A stretch of DNA of 64,000 bases. It comes from Octopus vulgaris. Taxonomy: Eukaryota. Both the position numbers and the translations under genes were made by a program. The stretch lies in contig OX597814.1 in assembly GCA_951406725.2 (NCBI GenBank), positions 143,034,001 through 143,098,000 of the forward strand. Reading direction: 5' to 3'. Of the stretch, positions 1 through 15,117 are shown piece by piece. Within the stretch, counting starts at the first letter, position 1; each line of letters begins with the position of its first letter. The notes beneath the pieces were generated by a model that saw nothing but the letters and a program-made list of their open reading frames with translations, was not told the origin of the DNA and ran no database searches.

Positions 1-3
1 ATG

Positions 4-62
<59 letters not shown>

Positions 63-65
<3 letters not shown>

Positions 66-511
66 AAAAAAGCAACAAGAATGGATCAAATTATCGGTAC
101 AATTGTTTCGTACGAGGACATCTTTAATAAGCTACAAAAATTGCAGTAAATGTAGGTGGCTCGTACTCATCAGCCGAAAAAAACATCAGAGATTCCCAAA
201 CATCAAAAGGGGTAGATACAAATGAGGGTGTGAGTTTAACTGCATTGAAGAAAGTTCGATTCCTGGAGATCCGATGAAAGGTCTTGAACTTATAGAATAT
301 GTGCTTGTCCATATATAGTTCATAGTGAAATGTTAATCAAGCTATGTGAAGAAATTTTGGATACAATCGTGCGAAATTTCTGAGAACTGATGTATTATAA
401 TCCGAGTAAGAAGCAAAGTGACAGTCTTTTCGTGTAGAGGAACAGATTGTTATTGAAATTTACAAGAATTGTAAGACTGTCACTTTGCTTCTTACTCGGA
501 TTATAATACAT
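63..511 (-). mobile_element. 3' end of a Penelope-like element (C-terminal ORF remnant plus HHR-containing tail)
   Basis: Minus-strand remnant YYNPSKKQ..LTILVNF..L and MDKHIFYKF resembles a GIY-YIG PLE C-terminus; it carries the HHR, has 39-bp inverted arms (390-428/473-511) and abuts (TA)n. Confidence 0.55.
94..177 (-). ncRNA. Type I hammerhead ribozyme in a PLE 3' terminal repeat
   Basis: Minus strand reads UCGG-CUGAUGA-GUACGAG-(loop)-CUCGUAC-GAAA-CAAUUG-UA-CCGA: intact core, 7-bp stem II, palindromic stem III, 4-bp stem I. Confidence 0.8.
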
Positions 512-756
512 ATATGTATGTACATACATATATTCTGGCGTTTTGCTGAAATTTTTCTTGAGAACACACTTTTCGTGGCAAGGCGATTTGACGTCTGTCT
601 TTAGCATATTAGGAGTCGAGCTTGGTGGTCATTCCTCTAATTTTGTACGTAATGTAATTTTTCATCTTTAGAATTTTTTAAATATGCTAACCCACTGGTT
701 TTAATTTATTAAGATCAATTTCTACCCTCATTATTTAATTTATATATATATATATA

Positions 757-1102
757 GGCGTAGGAGTGGTAAGTAGCTTGCTTTCCAACCACATGGTTCC
801 GGGTTCAGTCCCACTGCGTGGCACCTTGTGAGTGGATTTGGAAGACGGAAACTGAAAGAAGCCCGTCGTATATATGTATATCTATATGTGTGTGTGTGTA
901 TGTTTGTGTGTCTGTGTTTGTCCTCCCCACCATCGCTTGACAACCGATGCTGGTGTGTTTACGTCCCCGTAACTTAGAGGTTCGGCAAAAGAGACCGATA
1001 GAATAAGTACTAGGCTTACAAAGAATAAGTCCTCGGGTCGATTTGCTCGACTAAAGGCGGAGCTCCAGGATGGCCACGGTCAAATGACTGAAACAAGTAA
1101 AA
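757..1102 (+). mobile_element. tRNA-derived SINE family A (internally deleted copy)
   Basis: tRNA-like head (GGTTCCGGGTTCAGTCCC), internal TA/TG microsatellite and ..GACTGAAACAAGTAAAA tail; homologous to copies at 12202, 18757, 36724, 44087 and 63685. Confidence 0.85.
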
Positions 1103-1134
1103 TAGCATATATATATACATATATATAACTTAGA

Positions 1135-1790
1135 TATGTTTGGAGCAAAGATTAGCCTTGGGCAAATCTAACTTAACAGTACCACCTCATAGGATCTGTT
1201 TATTATTTTAAATCAAAATATTGTGATATCATGGCCCATTCATGTTGATGGTTATAAAATTGTGTAACATGTTGTGGACGGTACATTTATAAATTACGTC
1301 AGACCTTCTGCAACAGGTTTGTAGAGAGCAGATGGTCCCAAGGTGGCAGTCACATGGTAGTACGTTGTTGGGATTATTCTCAGGAATGGAGGAGGTAACA
1401 CTGTCTAAGGAGAGGTTAGAGTTTGGGGTAGATTGGTCTATGTTATTACCATTATTATTACTACCATTATTACTATTTCTATCATTGTTATTTATCCTAT
1501 CTGTAATAATGGTGAAAATTGGGGAAGTAGTATTCTGGTTAGTGTTAAAGAGATTGGTTGGGTTTTCGTCGTGATCTAAAGTATGGGGTTCGATTTTGGA
1601 GCTATGTATATGTTGGGCTCCCGTGTATTCAGAGTTGTTACGGTGTAAGTTTTGATAATAGAGAGAAAGTTTTCGTTTATTAGAGGCTGTTATGATAGAT
1701 TCAAAATTGGGTAGGGAGACGCAGGATAGCTTTAAGGTGGATCTATTAAAGATAGAGTAATATGTATGTTGACGAGGGAAGTTGGAGTCT
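1135..1790 (-). pseudogene. Penelope-like (Naiad-like) RT-linker/GIY-YIG ORF fragment
   Basis: Minus translation DSNFPRQHTYYSIFNRSTLKLSCVSLPNFESIITASNKRKL, then PCDCHLGTICSLQTCCRRSDVIYKCTV (CxC-x4-C-x4-C linker followed by the VIY motif); stops and deletions present; flanked by (TA)n. Confidence 0.6.
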
Positions 1791-1839
<49 letters not shown>

Positions 1840-3258
1840 AGCGTGTTTTCAAATCAAGATGTCTGAGGAAGTGAACGAACCAAAATATTATCTTAGTTCG
1901 AACCAAAATTTCAGGCCTTGTGCCTTTAGTAGAAAGGATTGCTGAGGTGGCGTGCTAACAGAAACGTTAAGTTTACCGGGCAAAAGGCTTAGAAGCATTT
2001 CGTCCATCTTTACGTTCTGAGTTGAAATTCATCATCATCATCACCAAGGCGGTGAGCAGACAGAATCGTTGGCAAAATACTTAGCACTATCTCGTTCGTT
2101 TTTGCGTTCTGAGTTCAAATTCCGCTGAGGTCTATTTTTCCTTTCATTCTTTCGAGCTCGATATAAAATAAGTACCCGCTGATCACTGGAGTAAATCTAA
2201 TTGACTTATCCCAACTCCCACCAAAATTGCTGATCTTGTGCGTAAATTTTAAACTGACATTATCACATTTTTCGTCAACCAAATTCCCTGACAAGTCATT
2301 AGTCGGTCTGGAGATATAATAGAATACTTTTGGTTAAGGTGCTGTGCAGTGGAACTGAACCCGAAACCATGTGCTTGCAAAGTAAGTTTCTAAACCACAC
2401 AGCCATGCTTGTGCTTATATAGATTTTCTTTCCTTTTAATAATGTGTCTGTCTCGTCTTAATGTACGTAAGCGACCAGTCACACAGTAAACTATTTCTCG
2501 TGATTGAAGACTTCGTCCTTCTTTCTGGTTTGATATATAAATACGGTCGTTTCCCCTTTAAGGAGATCTTGTCTAAATTTTGTTAACAGTTTTCTGGTTT
2601 TGATGTCGAATTATTTGATCTTTTGCAACTTCCAGCTGATCACGCTGAAGCTGTAGTTTACTGATAAGATTGCATACATCTCATATTTTGACTTGAGTTC
2701 ACTCAGCATCTTCTAGTCTGTCGGATTAACTCTTTCATTTTATTATATTGTATTTGTTCGCCATCATTAATCTCTAGATATTTCATGCACCAATTCTGTT
2801 TATAATGCGTATTACGCTTTATTGCTTTAACTCGTAACCGGGTCTGTGTTTTCGCTATTTTGTGACGTCGTTGTATCTTTTGTGACGTGGTTTTTAGTTG
2901 TGCTATGTCAAGTGTTCGATTCTAGCGTGGCCTTATTGAAGTCGTTTGTAACGTAATTGAGGTTTTATTGGTTTTCTGTTGTAACGTGAATATGTTTCTT
3001 TTGTAAGATTGTTATGCTTTGATTGCATTCTGTTATGACGTTGTTGAGGTTTTGTCACATTATATTCTAATTGTGTGTTTTTGTTATTCTTCTGTTTTGT
3101 TGTAACGTAGATATGGTTTTGTCGTTTTCTTTTGTTATTTAGTTGTTTGTTATGTTCTACTGCTACGTGGGTATTTTCGTGTTTGTTCTGCAGTAACATC
3201 GTTATGCTCTGCTGCTTTCTGTTTTAACGTTCTTCCAGTTGTATCGTATTCTGTCGTT

Positions 3259-3435
3259 CACTAGCGTAGTTAGAGTGTGTGTCGCCCGGTGCAGCCCTTC
3301 CGTTTACCCCCACCCCCGAACATCACAAAAAAAAAGACACATATTGCCTACAGCAGACCCAAAAGTGGTGATCCTTTAAAACTGCTGCCCTGGCCGGACC
3401 GCTCCGACCGCCCCCCCCCCCCAGCTATGCTAGTG
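3259..3435. mobile_element. Small MITE-like element
   Basis: Imperfect TIRs CACTAGCGTAGT / GCTATGCTAGTG bound a GC-rich insert; any TSD is degenerate. Confidence 0.45.
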
Positions 3436-3483
3436 TTGTCATAACACCGTTATTTTGTTGCAATGTGGTTGCTCTTTGTTGCC

Positions 3484-4087
3484 TTCTTATTTCTTTATTG
3501 CCCACAAAGGGTAAACATAGAGGGGACAAACAAGGACAGACAAAGGGATTAAGTCGATTACATCGACCCCAGTGCGTAACTGGTACTTAATTTATCGACT
3601 CCGAAAGGATGAAAGGCAAAGTCGATCTCGACGGAATTTGAACTCATAACGTAACGGCGGACGAAATACCTATTTTTTTACTACCCACAAGGGGCTAAAC
3701 ACAAAGAGGACGAACAAGGACAGATAAACGGATTAAGTCGATTATATCGAGCCCAGTGCGTAACTGGTACTTAATTTATCGACCCCGAAAGGATGAAAGG
3801 CAAAGTCGACCTCGGCGGAATTTGAACTCATAACGTAACGGTGGACGAAATACCTATTTTTTTACTACCCACAAGGGGCTAAACACAGAGAGGACGAACA
3901 AGGACAGACAAACGGATTAACTCGATTACATCGACCCCATTGTGTAACTGGTGCTTATTTAATCGACCGCGAAAGGATGAAAGGCAAAGTCGACCTCGGC
4001 GGAATTTGAACTCAGAACGTAACAACAGACAAAATACCACTAAGCATTTCGCCCGGCGTGCTAACGATTCTGCCAGCTCGCCGCCTT
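3484..4087 (-). mobile_element. tRNA-derived SINE family B, tandem trimer
   Basis: Head AAGGCGGCGAGCTGGCAGAA..GAGTTCAAATTCC; core GCCTTTCATCCTTTCGGGGTCGATAAATTAAGTACCAG; CCCACAA recurs at 3501, 3684 and 3868 (period 183-184 bp). Confidence 0.85.
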
Positions 4088-4983
4088 ATTGTTGTCTTCT
4101 GTCGTGTTCTGCTGTGTTCTGTTTTAATGTGGTTAAGTTTTTAATGTTTTTGAATATCACATTGTTGTGTTCCGTTTTAAATATGGTTGCGTTTATCTCA
4201 TGTTCTGTTGAAATATATATGGTGTTTTCTTCATATATGTTTTGCTCAGCTTCAATTATTTTTTAAAAATTCCTTTGGTTTCATAATTCTGTTACATATT
4301 AATAATGCATCATCATTATTTTGCCCTGTGTTGGTAAGATTATCTGATTCCGCCTGGAGGGGCGTGATTTGTCTGTAAAGAAGTTATCTTTTAAGAATAT
4401 CCAAATACCCGGCTAAAAGTACATCTCTCTGTTGCTCACACTATCTATTGTGATGATTTAATACATTATGTTGCACGATGACGATTGCTTTCCATGTTTA
4501 GTATTTTAGAACATTTATGGCATCCAGACTTATTACATCTATCCTCATTTATCGCGACTCATTCATCACGGATCAATGTAATTAATGTATTCTCACTTGC
4601 AAACCGTGATACACTTATCACGAAGTGATCTGCGATAACACGGGTCGACAATCAGTCAACAATTCTGTGTGGATTGCAAAAGCGTACCCCGGTAATCACC
4701 CAAAATCAGACAAAATGGAGACTCAGAATGAAACTTAGTTTCACCATATGTCTTTTCATTTATTTAATACTGGTTCATTTAACACGGTGGCGTTTTTTGT
4801 TTTAAACTAAAACCCGTGATAAACGACTATATATATATATGCTTTTTTTGTTTTTCAATATTTTTTCCATTGGAAATATCGTTTTTCAGATGAAGGAGAA
4901 AATTATATATATATGATATAGATTACTTAATGTTTACCTTATGCTTTATGTTAGGCATTAATTACATCTGACAACGAAGAAGT

Positions 4984-5035
<52 letters not shown>

Positions 5036-5399
5036 AGGGAGAGAGAGAGAGAGCGGAACAGAGAGAGAAAGGAGGAAACAACTATAGTAACCTACTAATG
5101 AAAGGGAATCAGAAATAGAAGTGACATAGAGAATGATACTAAAACTCTATAATTGTGTCTTACTGCATGAAAATGCAAATTTAAAAGTTTTTTCTCTCAG
5201 TATGTATGTATGTATGTATGTATTAGGAAACCTAAGCTGTGGGAGGAACCTATAGAAAGTAAACGCATTCCGTCTATGCTTTTTTCCCTCCTTATCTCAC
5301 TTACATAGAGAGAATGTTTTTACATTATAGTTCTTTTCTCCCACAGTTAAGCTTTTTAATATTTCAATATATTTAGTTTTAATCCTCCTGATTCGCGAA

Positions 5400-5501
5400 G
5401 TGTTGCGAATTATCTCTCTCTGCATATATTTATTATGTATGCATGCATGTATGTATATATGTATGTATGTATGTACATATATATATATGTGTGCATGTAT
5501 G

Positions 5502-5533
<32 letters not shown>

Positions 5534-5970
5534 TGTATGTATGTATGTATGTATGTATGTATGCATGTATGCATGTGTGTGTCTCTATATACATGCACAT
5601 ATATACACACAAGTGTATATACATACATCTATATACACATATATACATGAATATCTATATATATTAATATACATTTGTATACACATATGTATATACATAT
5701 ATATAGATACGTATATATGTGTGTGTGTATGTGTGTATGTGTACGCACACACACATACATGTGTATATATATATACATGTACATCTGTACACACACAGAG
5801 AGAGAGAGAGAGAGAAAGAGGGGGAGATGGGTGCATACATAGTACATATATGTAAATAAAGTTTATGTACATAGATTCACAACCACATATATATGAATAT
5901 ATATATATATATATACACACATAAATAAATACATATAACTATAAGAATATATACACACTTATACATAAGT
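5400..5970. repeat. Compound (ATGT)n/(TA)n/(GA)n microsatellite
   Basis: Directly visible simple repeats. Confidence 0.95.
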
Positions 5971-6206
5971 ATACGCAAAATTTTGCCTACAGCCATAATA
6001 TCATTATTAATCTTCTTTTTTTTCCTTACAAAATATTAACTTTGATTAAATAAAAGTAGTAGCACATTAGAATGATGAAACACCACACTTATTTTTTTGA
6101 TCTTCAAACCGTTCGTGTATTTTAAACTGACATATTTCTTAGCGAGGGAACATCATTTTCGTTTATTTATTAATTTACTATACTAATTTCTTTCTTCCTA
6201 TCACAT

Positions 6207-6247
<41 letters not shown>

Positions 6248-6491
6248 GCTATGTTTTCCCTATATTATGTCTTTCGTCTCTTATTGACGATCGTGTCATA
6301 CCTGTATTTCAATGTGAAATAATTTTTTTTTTTTTTCATATTCCATCTTCGTTTTAGCGAGAGCTTCCTTTTGTCTATGGCGTTCACACTTTGAATCATA
6401 TTATGCTGTCGTTACGCACACAATATGCACTTATATTTATTATTCGCATCACTTCTCAGTAAGTAATTAGAGCAACGATTGAAGTACATTC

Positions 6492-7140
<649 letters not shown>

Positions 7141-7419
7141 GAGTGTGGCTTTTCTTTTAGAACTATTGTATGGAGAGCATGACTTAATTTCTAAATTTAA
7201 TTTCTTTTATTTCTATTACCTTTTTTTAATTCATATTCTATTATGAAGGAACCAAACATTTGATTGTTCCGAATGAGCTGTGAGTGACTCATGTTGGAAT
7301 AAGAAAAGAAAACCCTTAACAAAATGTGTCAAAGATATGTTTTACTGTATTTCCAGTATAACACACAAACACACATATCACACACGCAGTGCCTAATAAT
7401 AATAAGAAGCACTTTACTA

Positions 7420-7447
7420 CTACTACAACAGCAACAATAACAATAAC

Positions 7448-7534
<87 letters not shown>

Positions 7535-7565
7535 AAGAAGAAGAAGAAGAAGAAGAAGAAGAAGA
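7420..7565. repeat. (AAT)n-(AAG)n microsatellite
   Basis: Directly visible. Confidence 0.95.
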
Positions 7566-7758
7566 GCATTGTCGATGTGAGAACTGTTGCTGCTCATGTA
7601 TTTTAATTTAACTTAAAAAAAAAAAAAATTTTTTTTAATGAACGAACTATTGAGTTTGGTTTAATGGCCTACCAATGTATACTATGAGTTTCTTTGCCCT
7701 AGGAGTCGGGAAGACACTCGGCAAGAAATGGAAGCAAATTTGAAAGAAGAAAAAAAAA

Positions 7759-7789
<31 letters not shown>

Positions 7790-7795
<6 letters not shown>

Positions 7796-8255
7796 CCGCC
7801 CTCTTAAGTACAAAATAACCCGGCTATGGAGAATGAAGGTGAAGATAGTACCAATTATTGTTGGGCCCCTGGGAAGAGTACCAGAAGGCATCAATAGGAA
7901 TATCAAGGTAATTGGAATAGAGTGCCCAGTAGAACTGTAACAAAATTTTTGCCTCCTTGGCACAGCCAGAATAATCAGGACAGTATTTGATAGCTGAAAA
8001 GAACGGATAGCGTGGTACCGTAGGTTGAAGGTAGCAAGCCCGCTACGCATACAAAACTCCAGGAACTCCAACAAAACCCGTGATAAAAAAAGAAAATACC
8101 ATAAAATAATAATAATAATAAAGATAAAACCTAGTTTAGCACAACCCCAGAAAACAATGTTGTTATGGACAGCTAGGATACTTAGAAGGGTTCTTGGCAT
8201 TTAAAGTTACTTGTCGTAGCCCGATGTTAAGAATTTTTTATTTTCCAAAAGTTTA
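7790..8255 (+). mobile_element. Two short 3' tails of R4/Dong-type non-LTR elements within (AAT)n
   Basis: KYRPLKYKITRLWRMKVKIVPIIVGPLG..QKFCLLGTARIIRTVF* and QKTMLLWTARILRRVLGI*, each followed by a short UTR and (AAT)n. Confidence 0.75.
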
Positions 8256-8274
8256 AATAATAATAATAATTATT

Positions 8275-9742
<1,468 letters not shown>

Positions 9743-9743
9743 A

Positions 9744-10645
9744 ATCCTTTCTATTATAGGCCCGAAATTTGAGGGAGGGGGCCAGTCGATTAGATCAACC
9801 CAGTACGTAACTGGTACTTAATTTATCGACCCCGAAAGGATGAAAGGCAAAGTCGACCTTGGCGGAATTTGAACTCAGAACGTAGCGGCAGGCGAAATAC
9901 CTATTTCTTTACTACCCACAATGGGCTAAACACAGAGGAGACAAACAAGGACAGACAAACGGATTAAGTCGATTATATTGACCCCAGTGCGTAACTGGTA
10001 TTTATCTAATCGACCCCGAAAGGATGAAAAGCAAAGTCGACCTTGGCGGAATTTGAACTCAGAACGTAGCGGCAGACGAAATACCTATTTCTTTACTACC
10101 CACAAGGGGCTAAACACAGAGGGAACAAACAAGGACAGACATAGGTATTAAGTCGATTACATCGACCCCAGTGCGTAACTGGTACTTAATTTATCGACCC
10201 CGAAAGGATGAAAGGCAAAGTCGACCTCGGCGGAACTTGAACTCACAACGTAATGCAGAAGAAATACCGCTAAGCATTTCGCCCGGCGCGCTAACGTTTC
10301 TGCCAGCTCGCCGCCTTTATTTTTTAAAGACAGACGAAATACCTATTTCTTTACTACCCACAAGGGGCTACACACGGAGGGGACAAACCAGGACAGACGC
10401 ACGGATTAAGTCGATTATATCGACCCCAGTGCGTAACTGGTACTTATTTAATCGACCCCGAAAGGATGAAAGGCAAAGTTGACCTCGGTGGAATTTGAAC
10501 TCATAATGTAACGGCAGTCGAAATACTGCAAAGCATTTCGCCCGGTGTGCTAACGTTTCTGCCAGCGCGCCACCTTAGACGAAATACGACAGACGAAATA
10601 CCGTTAAGTATATCGCCCGGCGTGCTAAAGATTCTGCCAGTTCGC
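9744..10645 (-). mobile_element. SINE family B tandem array (about 4-5 units)
   Basis: Repeated CGACCCCGAAAGGATGAAAGGCAAAGTCGACCTCGGCGGAATTTGAACTC units. Confidence 0.85.
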
Positions 10646-10654
10646 TGTATCAAG

Positions 10655-11170
10655 CAGAGGCTGTCATGTTTTATGATCTTAACTGATTGGAAGTGTTATT
10701 ATGTACGTCTTTTGCCTTCATGTAAAAGAGGATTACAACAAATATTAAGCTCAATACCACAGATTTGCTTGTCACTTGCTTGACCTTAACCAGTTGAGCA
10801 TGTCCCTATGTGGCTGACGATATGTGCATCTCTGATCGTGAGCAGGCGTAGTCGGGGAGCATTATAGCCATGTGTGTGTTGAGAGGAATTCTTTGGGGTT
10901 TCAATAATTCATTCCTGAAAACATGTTTTGTTCATCCTCAAACAATCCTTATTCATGGACCTTTTAAGCAGAATGTGCTACTCGACCTAAAGAAAATTCT
11001 AACTGGGCCCTACCTGCAAGGTCATGCGTTGTTTAACTTGATATGAGGTTAGTATGGTTGTGATGCATGTGCCTCGTGTACCTTTATCAGACGGGTATTC
11101 ATGATGGGTATACTGAGTTTCGTATATTTTGTACCCCAATGTTACTTTGATAGCATGCCCTGCTCCATCC
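10655..11170 (+). mobile_element. Unclassified ~550-bp interspersed repeat (older copy)
   Basis: Collinear with 27244-27818 (e.g. GATCTTAACTGATTGGAAGTG, CTGCAAGGTCATG, CATGATGGGTATA). Confidence 0.75.
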
Positions 11171-12201
11171 GTAATAGTAACAATACTCTACCAAAATATA
11201 ATACTTAAAAAGTCTAAATGAATAAGGAAAGTAAATGGATCTTTAGTCAATTTCGGCCATCACTTCAGCTGTTCGATCAACTTACTTGCTTACTCATTGA
11301 ATTATAGTGCAAGTGGTTGAGTATTCCGTGTAGCCTTAACGTATTTTTCAAGTCGGTCGGATTAGCATGACACAATTTGTGACAAGGCTTGATCTTTGAA
11401 TTGCACGCTAAATTCACTTGCCAATGTCTCTCCTCCCACTTCCGTTTACAAGGCTTGGATTCACGTGAAACTATGATCAAAGACACTTGTCCAAAGTGCA
11501 CTGTTATGGGATCGAACCCTTGATATCATACTTGCTAAGCTAATTTGTTTAAATACACCACCATTCTTGTAATGAAGGCAAAGAAACAATCACATCATTT
11601 TCAGTAAAGTAGTCTTTACAAAGATAGTATATATATATATATCCACAGATACGATCGAATCTGCATTTATCTTCATAGGGCAATATACAAAAACTTCACA
11701 CGTAAATGGAGAATGTAGTAAGTGCTAAAAGCTTATATGGCAATTACATTGCTACAATACTATGGTGTATGCCCGACCAGACAGAAGAATCAAAGCGTAA
11801 ATCACAGATACGGCATTGCAAACTAAAAGTAAAAAGATCTAAGCACTCTGATAAACCTTTCGTTCAGATGACCCGTACCCGAGTCGAAAAGCTATCCAGA
11901 AGCGCTCAAAATAGAAATATTCAAGATGTGAGTGATGAGATTAAAAATAGTACTAATAAGAATTACTGTACTGATTACAAGCTAAAGAGGGAGCCTCTGA
12001 ACAGTCGCGTAGCATGATAGCAATAGCAAAGGAATCTTACTCAAATTATATCGTGACAAAAGTGACGATGCTACAAGTGTGGAAACATTAATCACCTCAA
12101 GACTTTCGGCCCCAAATAGCAAAAGAAAATGACTACTAAAAGAAGGTTTCAACTACTGCTAACACCACCATATCAACATCATCCACAACATCATCCACAT
12201 A

Positions 12202-12620
12202 GGTGTAGGAGTGGCTGTGTGGTAAGTAACTTGCTTACGAACCACATGGCTCTGGGTTCAGTCCCACTGCGTGGCACCTTGGGCAAGTGTCTTCTGCTAT
12301 AGCCCCGGGCCGACCAATGCCTTGTGAGTGGATTTGGTAGACGGAAACTGAAAGAAGCCTGTCGTATATATGTATATATATGTGTATGTATGTGTATGTG
12401 TTTGTGTGTCTGTGTTTGTCCCCCTAGCATTGCTTGACAACCGATGCTGGTGTGTTTACGTCCCCGTCACTTAGCGGTTCGGCAAAAGAGACCGATAGAA
12501 TAAGTACTGGGCTTACAAAAGAATAAGTCCCGGGGTCGATTTGCTCGATTAAAAGGCGGTGCTCCAGCATGGCCGCAGTCACTTGACTGAAACAAATAAA
12601 AGAGTAAAAGAGAGAAAGAG
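12202..12620 (+). mobile_element. SINE family A, full length
   Basis: A box-like TGGCTGTGTGGT, B box-like GGTTCAGTCCC, internal microsatellite, (AAAGAGT)-like tail. Confidence 0.9.
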
Positions 12621-13749
12621 TAGTACAAACGACTTCAATATAATAACAGCATGCAACTGTAGTAACATTTATTGCAATATCAGCTTCAGGATTTGAAGCA
12701 CTACCTACAGTATCAACAACAACGACAACAAGAGTGAAAAGGAAGCAAAAATAATTAAAAAAAAAACGTTGCCTTCAAGAGTCGCAGTATCACCAAGAAC
12801 CGCAGCAACTAAAAGCCCATTAGCAACAGCAAAATAAAACGTAAATACCCCTCTCATCACCACCGCCATGATATGCCCCTTCCCGCTTGGAACCACCCAG
12901 GCATATGTAGCGAAGGTCATGGAGAAGAGAGCAAATGATAACAAGTAACAAACAGAAAAATGGCTAAAGGAAAAAATCACGCCTACGAGAAAAAAGATGG
13001 AGCCGCAAACGGACGAAAGAAATACTTAACAACGGCGCCATTCCCAACAGCAGTAACACTAATATCACCAACACTTTTGTCACCATCCCAACCCTCACGG
13101 ACAAGGCCATCATGACATGCACTAGAAAAAAGCGAATATGCACCCAAACTAAAACAACTGCAAGTAATATTATAAATTACGTCGCCATAAATTCAAAGAA
13201 CAGAGAGCTAATGAAATATAATTGAAACAAACTAATGAGACATTATTCAGAACGATTTCATTACACCATCAATCATCATCACACCAACCCACAACAATCA
13301 TTGAAACAACACGATCTCTAAAGACACGGAAGTACTGTCAGCCACACAGAGCAACGAAGCTACTGTTGCACACTTGTCCAGTGCCTAAGCATTGCTAACT
13401 TGTGGAGTTATGTCGAACACCTGCTGTCACGTATAGAACGAACCCAGCTGTCAGCTTAGTCCCCCATGAAGATCGTCCTGCCTCTTTCATTTAGCCGGCA
13501 AGGTCAGGCATTATCTATCTTTCTGGTGGTCTTATCGAAAAAATGTTTTGTGATGGACCAGACCAGAATGGTTGAAGGCAGGCCCTCATCACCTTGAAGT
13601 TTCACTTGAAAAGGAAAGTGAAAGTGGTAAGGGAAGTGCTATCTTCTAGCAAATTTGTCGAAATGTTGAAGAGAGTGGGGAGCAAGCTTTGTGCATACGC
13701 CTGTTAACTGAGAATGAAAATAGGGAGAGGGTACTTGTCCTAGTGGTCA

Positions 13750-14312
13750 TGAGTACTGGGGTCGATGTAATCGACTATCCTTCTCCTCCCAATTTCAGGT
13801 ATTGTGCCTATAGTAGAAAGAATTATTGTTATCATCATCATCATCCTCATCATCATCATTAAGGTGGCGAGCTGGCAGAATCGTTAACATGCTGGGTAAA
13901 ATGCTTAGCAGCATTTCGTCCGTCCTTACGGTCTGAGTTCAAATTCACCCGAGGTCGAGTTTGTCTTTCATCCGGCCGAGGTCGATAAATTAAGTACCAG
14001 TGAAACATTGGGGTCAATTTAATTGACTTATCCCCTTCTCCAAAATGGCTGCCCTTGTGGCAAACTTTGAAACGATTACTATTATCATTATATAAAGGCG
14101 GCGAGCTGGCAGACTCGTTAGCACGCTGGGCAAAATGTTTTGCAGCATTTTATCCGTCTTTACGTTCTGAGTTCAAATTTCGCCGAGGTCGACTTTGCCT
14201 TTCATTCTTTCGGGGTTGATAAATTAAGTACCAGTGACATTCTGGGGTCGATGTAATCGACTCGTCTCCTCCCCCAAAACTTCAGGCTTTGTGCTTATAA
14301 TAGAAAGGGTTA
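13750..14312 (+). mobile_element. Cluster of SINE family B copies
   Basis: Heads at ~13861 and ~14095 with the same core as 3484-4087. Confidence 0.8.
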
Positions 14313-14538
14313 TTATTATTAAGTGGGATTTAGGCTCAAGGCCAGCAATTTTAACTTAGATGGGGTTAGTCGATACGATCCATGTCATTACTTGAGTGTT
14401 ACATTTTATTTTACCGACCCAGAAAGAATGAAAACTAAAGCTGACCCCAGCAGGAGTTGAATTTACAACGTGAAAAGCCGGGACAAATATCGCAAGGTAT
14501 TTTATCCGAATAACGACGACCACGATAATAATAATAAC

Positions 14539-15117
14539 AATCCTTTCTATTATAGGTACAAGGCCTGAAATTTGAGGGGAGGGAGATAGTCGATTAGATC
14601 GATCTTAGTACGCAACTGGTACTATTAACCCCGAAAGGATGAAAGGCAAAGTCGACCTCGGCGGAATTTGAACTCAGAACGTAGCGGCAGACGAAATACC
14701 TATTTCTTTACTACCCACAAGGAGCTAAGCACAGAGAGGACAAACAAGGACAGACAAACGGATTAAGTCGATTATATCGACCCCAGTGCGCAACTGGTAC
14801 TTAATTTATCGACCCCAAAAGGATGAAAGGCAAAGTCGACCTCGGCGGAATTTGAACTCATAATGTAACGGCAGACGAAATACCTATTTCTTTACCACCC
14901 TCAAGTGGCTAAACACAGAGGGGACAAACAAGGACATACAAACGGATTAAGTCGATTATATCGACCCCAGTGCGTAACTGGTACTTAATTCATTGACCCC
15001 GAAAGGATGAAAGGCAAAGTCGACCTCGGTGGAATTTGAACTCAGAACGTAACGGCGGACGAAATACCGCTAAGCATTTCGCCCGGCGTGCTAACGTTTC
15101 TGCCAGCTTGCCGCCTT
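14539..15117 (-). mobile_element. SINE family B tandem trimer
   Basis: Three consecutive units and a single head ending in CCGCCTT at ~15117. Confidence 0.85.

Noticed and set aside
4290-4830. Unique CpG-containing stretch as an exon or ncRNA
   Set aside because: No sustained ORF, recognisable motif or convincing structure; may be regulatory but cannot be supported from sequence alone.
9744-10645. Regularly spaced repeats as a CRISPR-like array
   Set aside because: Whole ~183-bp units repeat with no unique spacers; eukaryotic SINE multimers.
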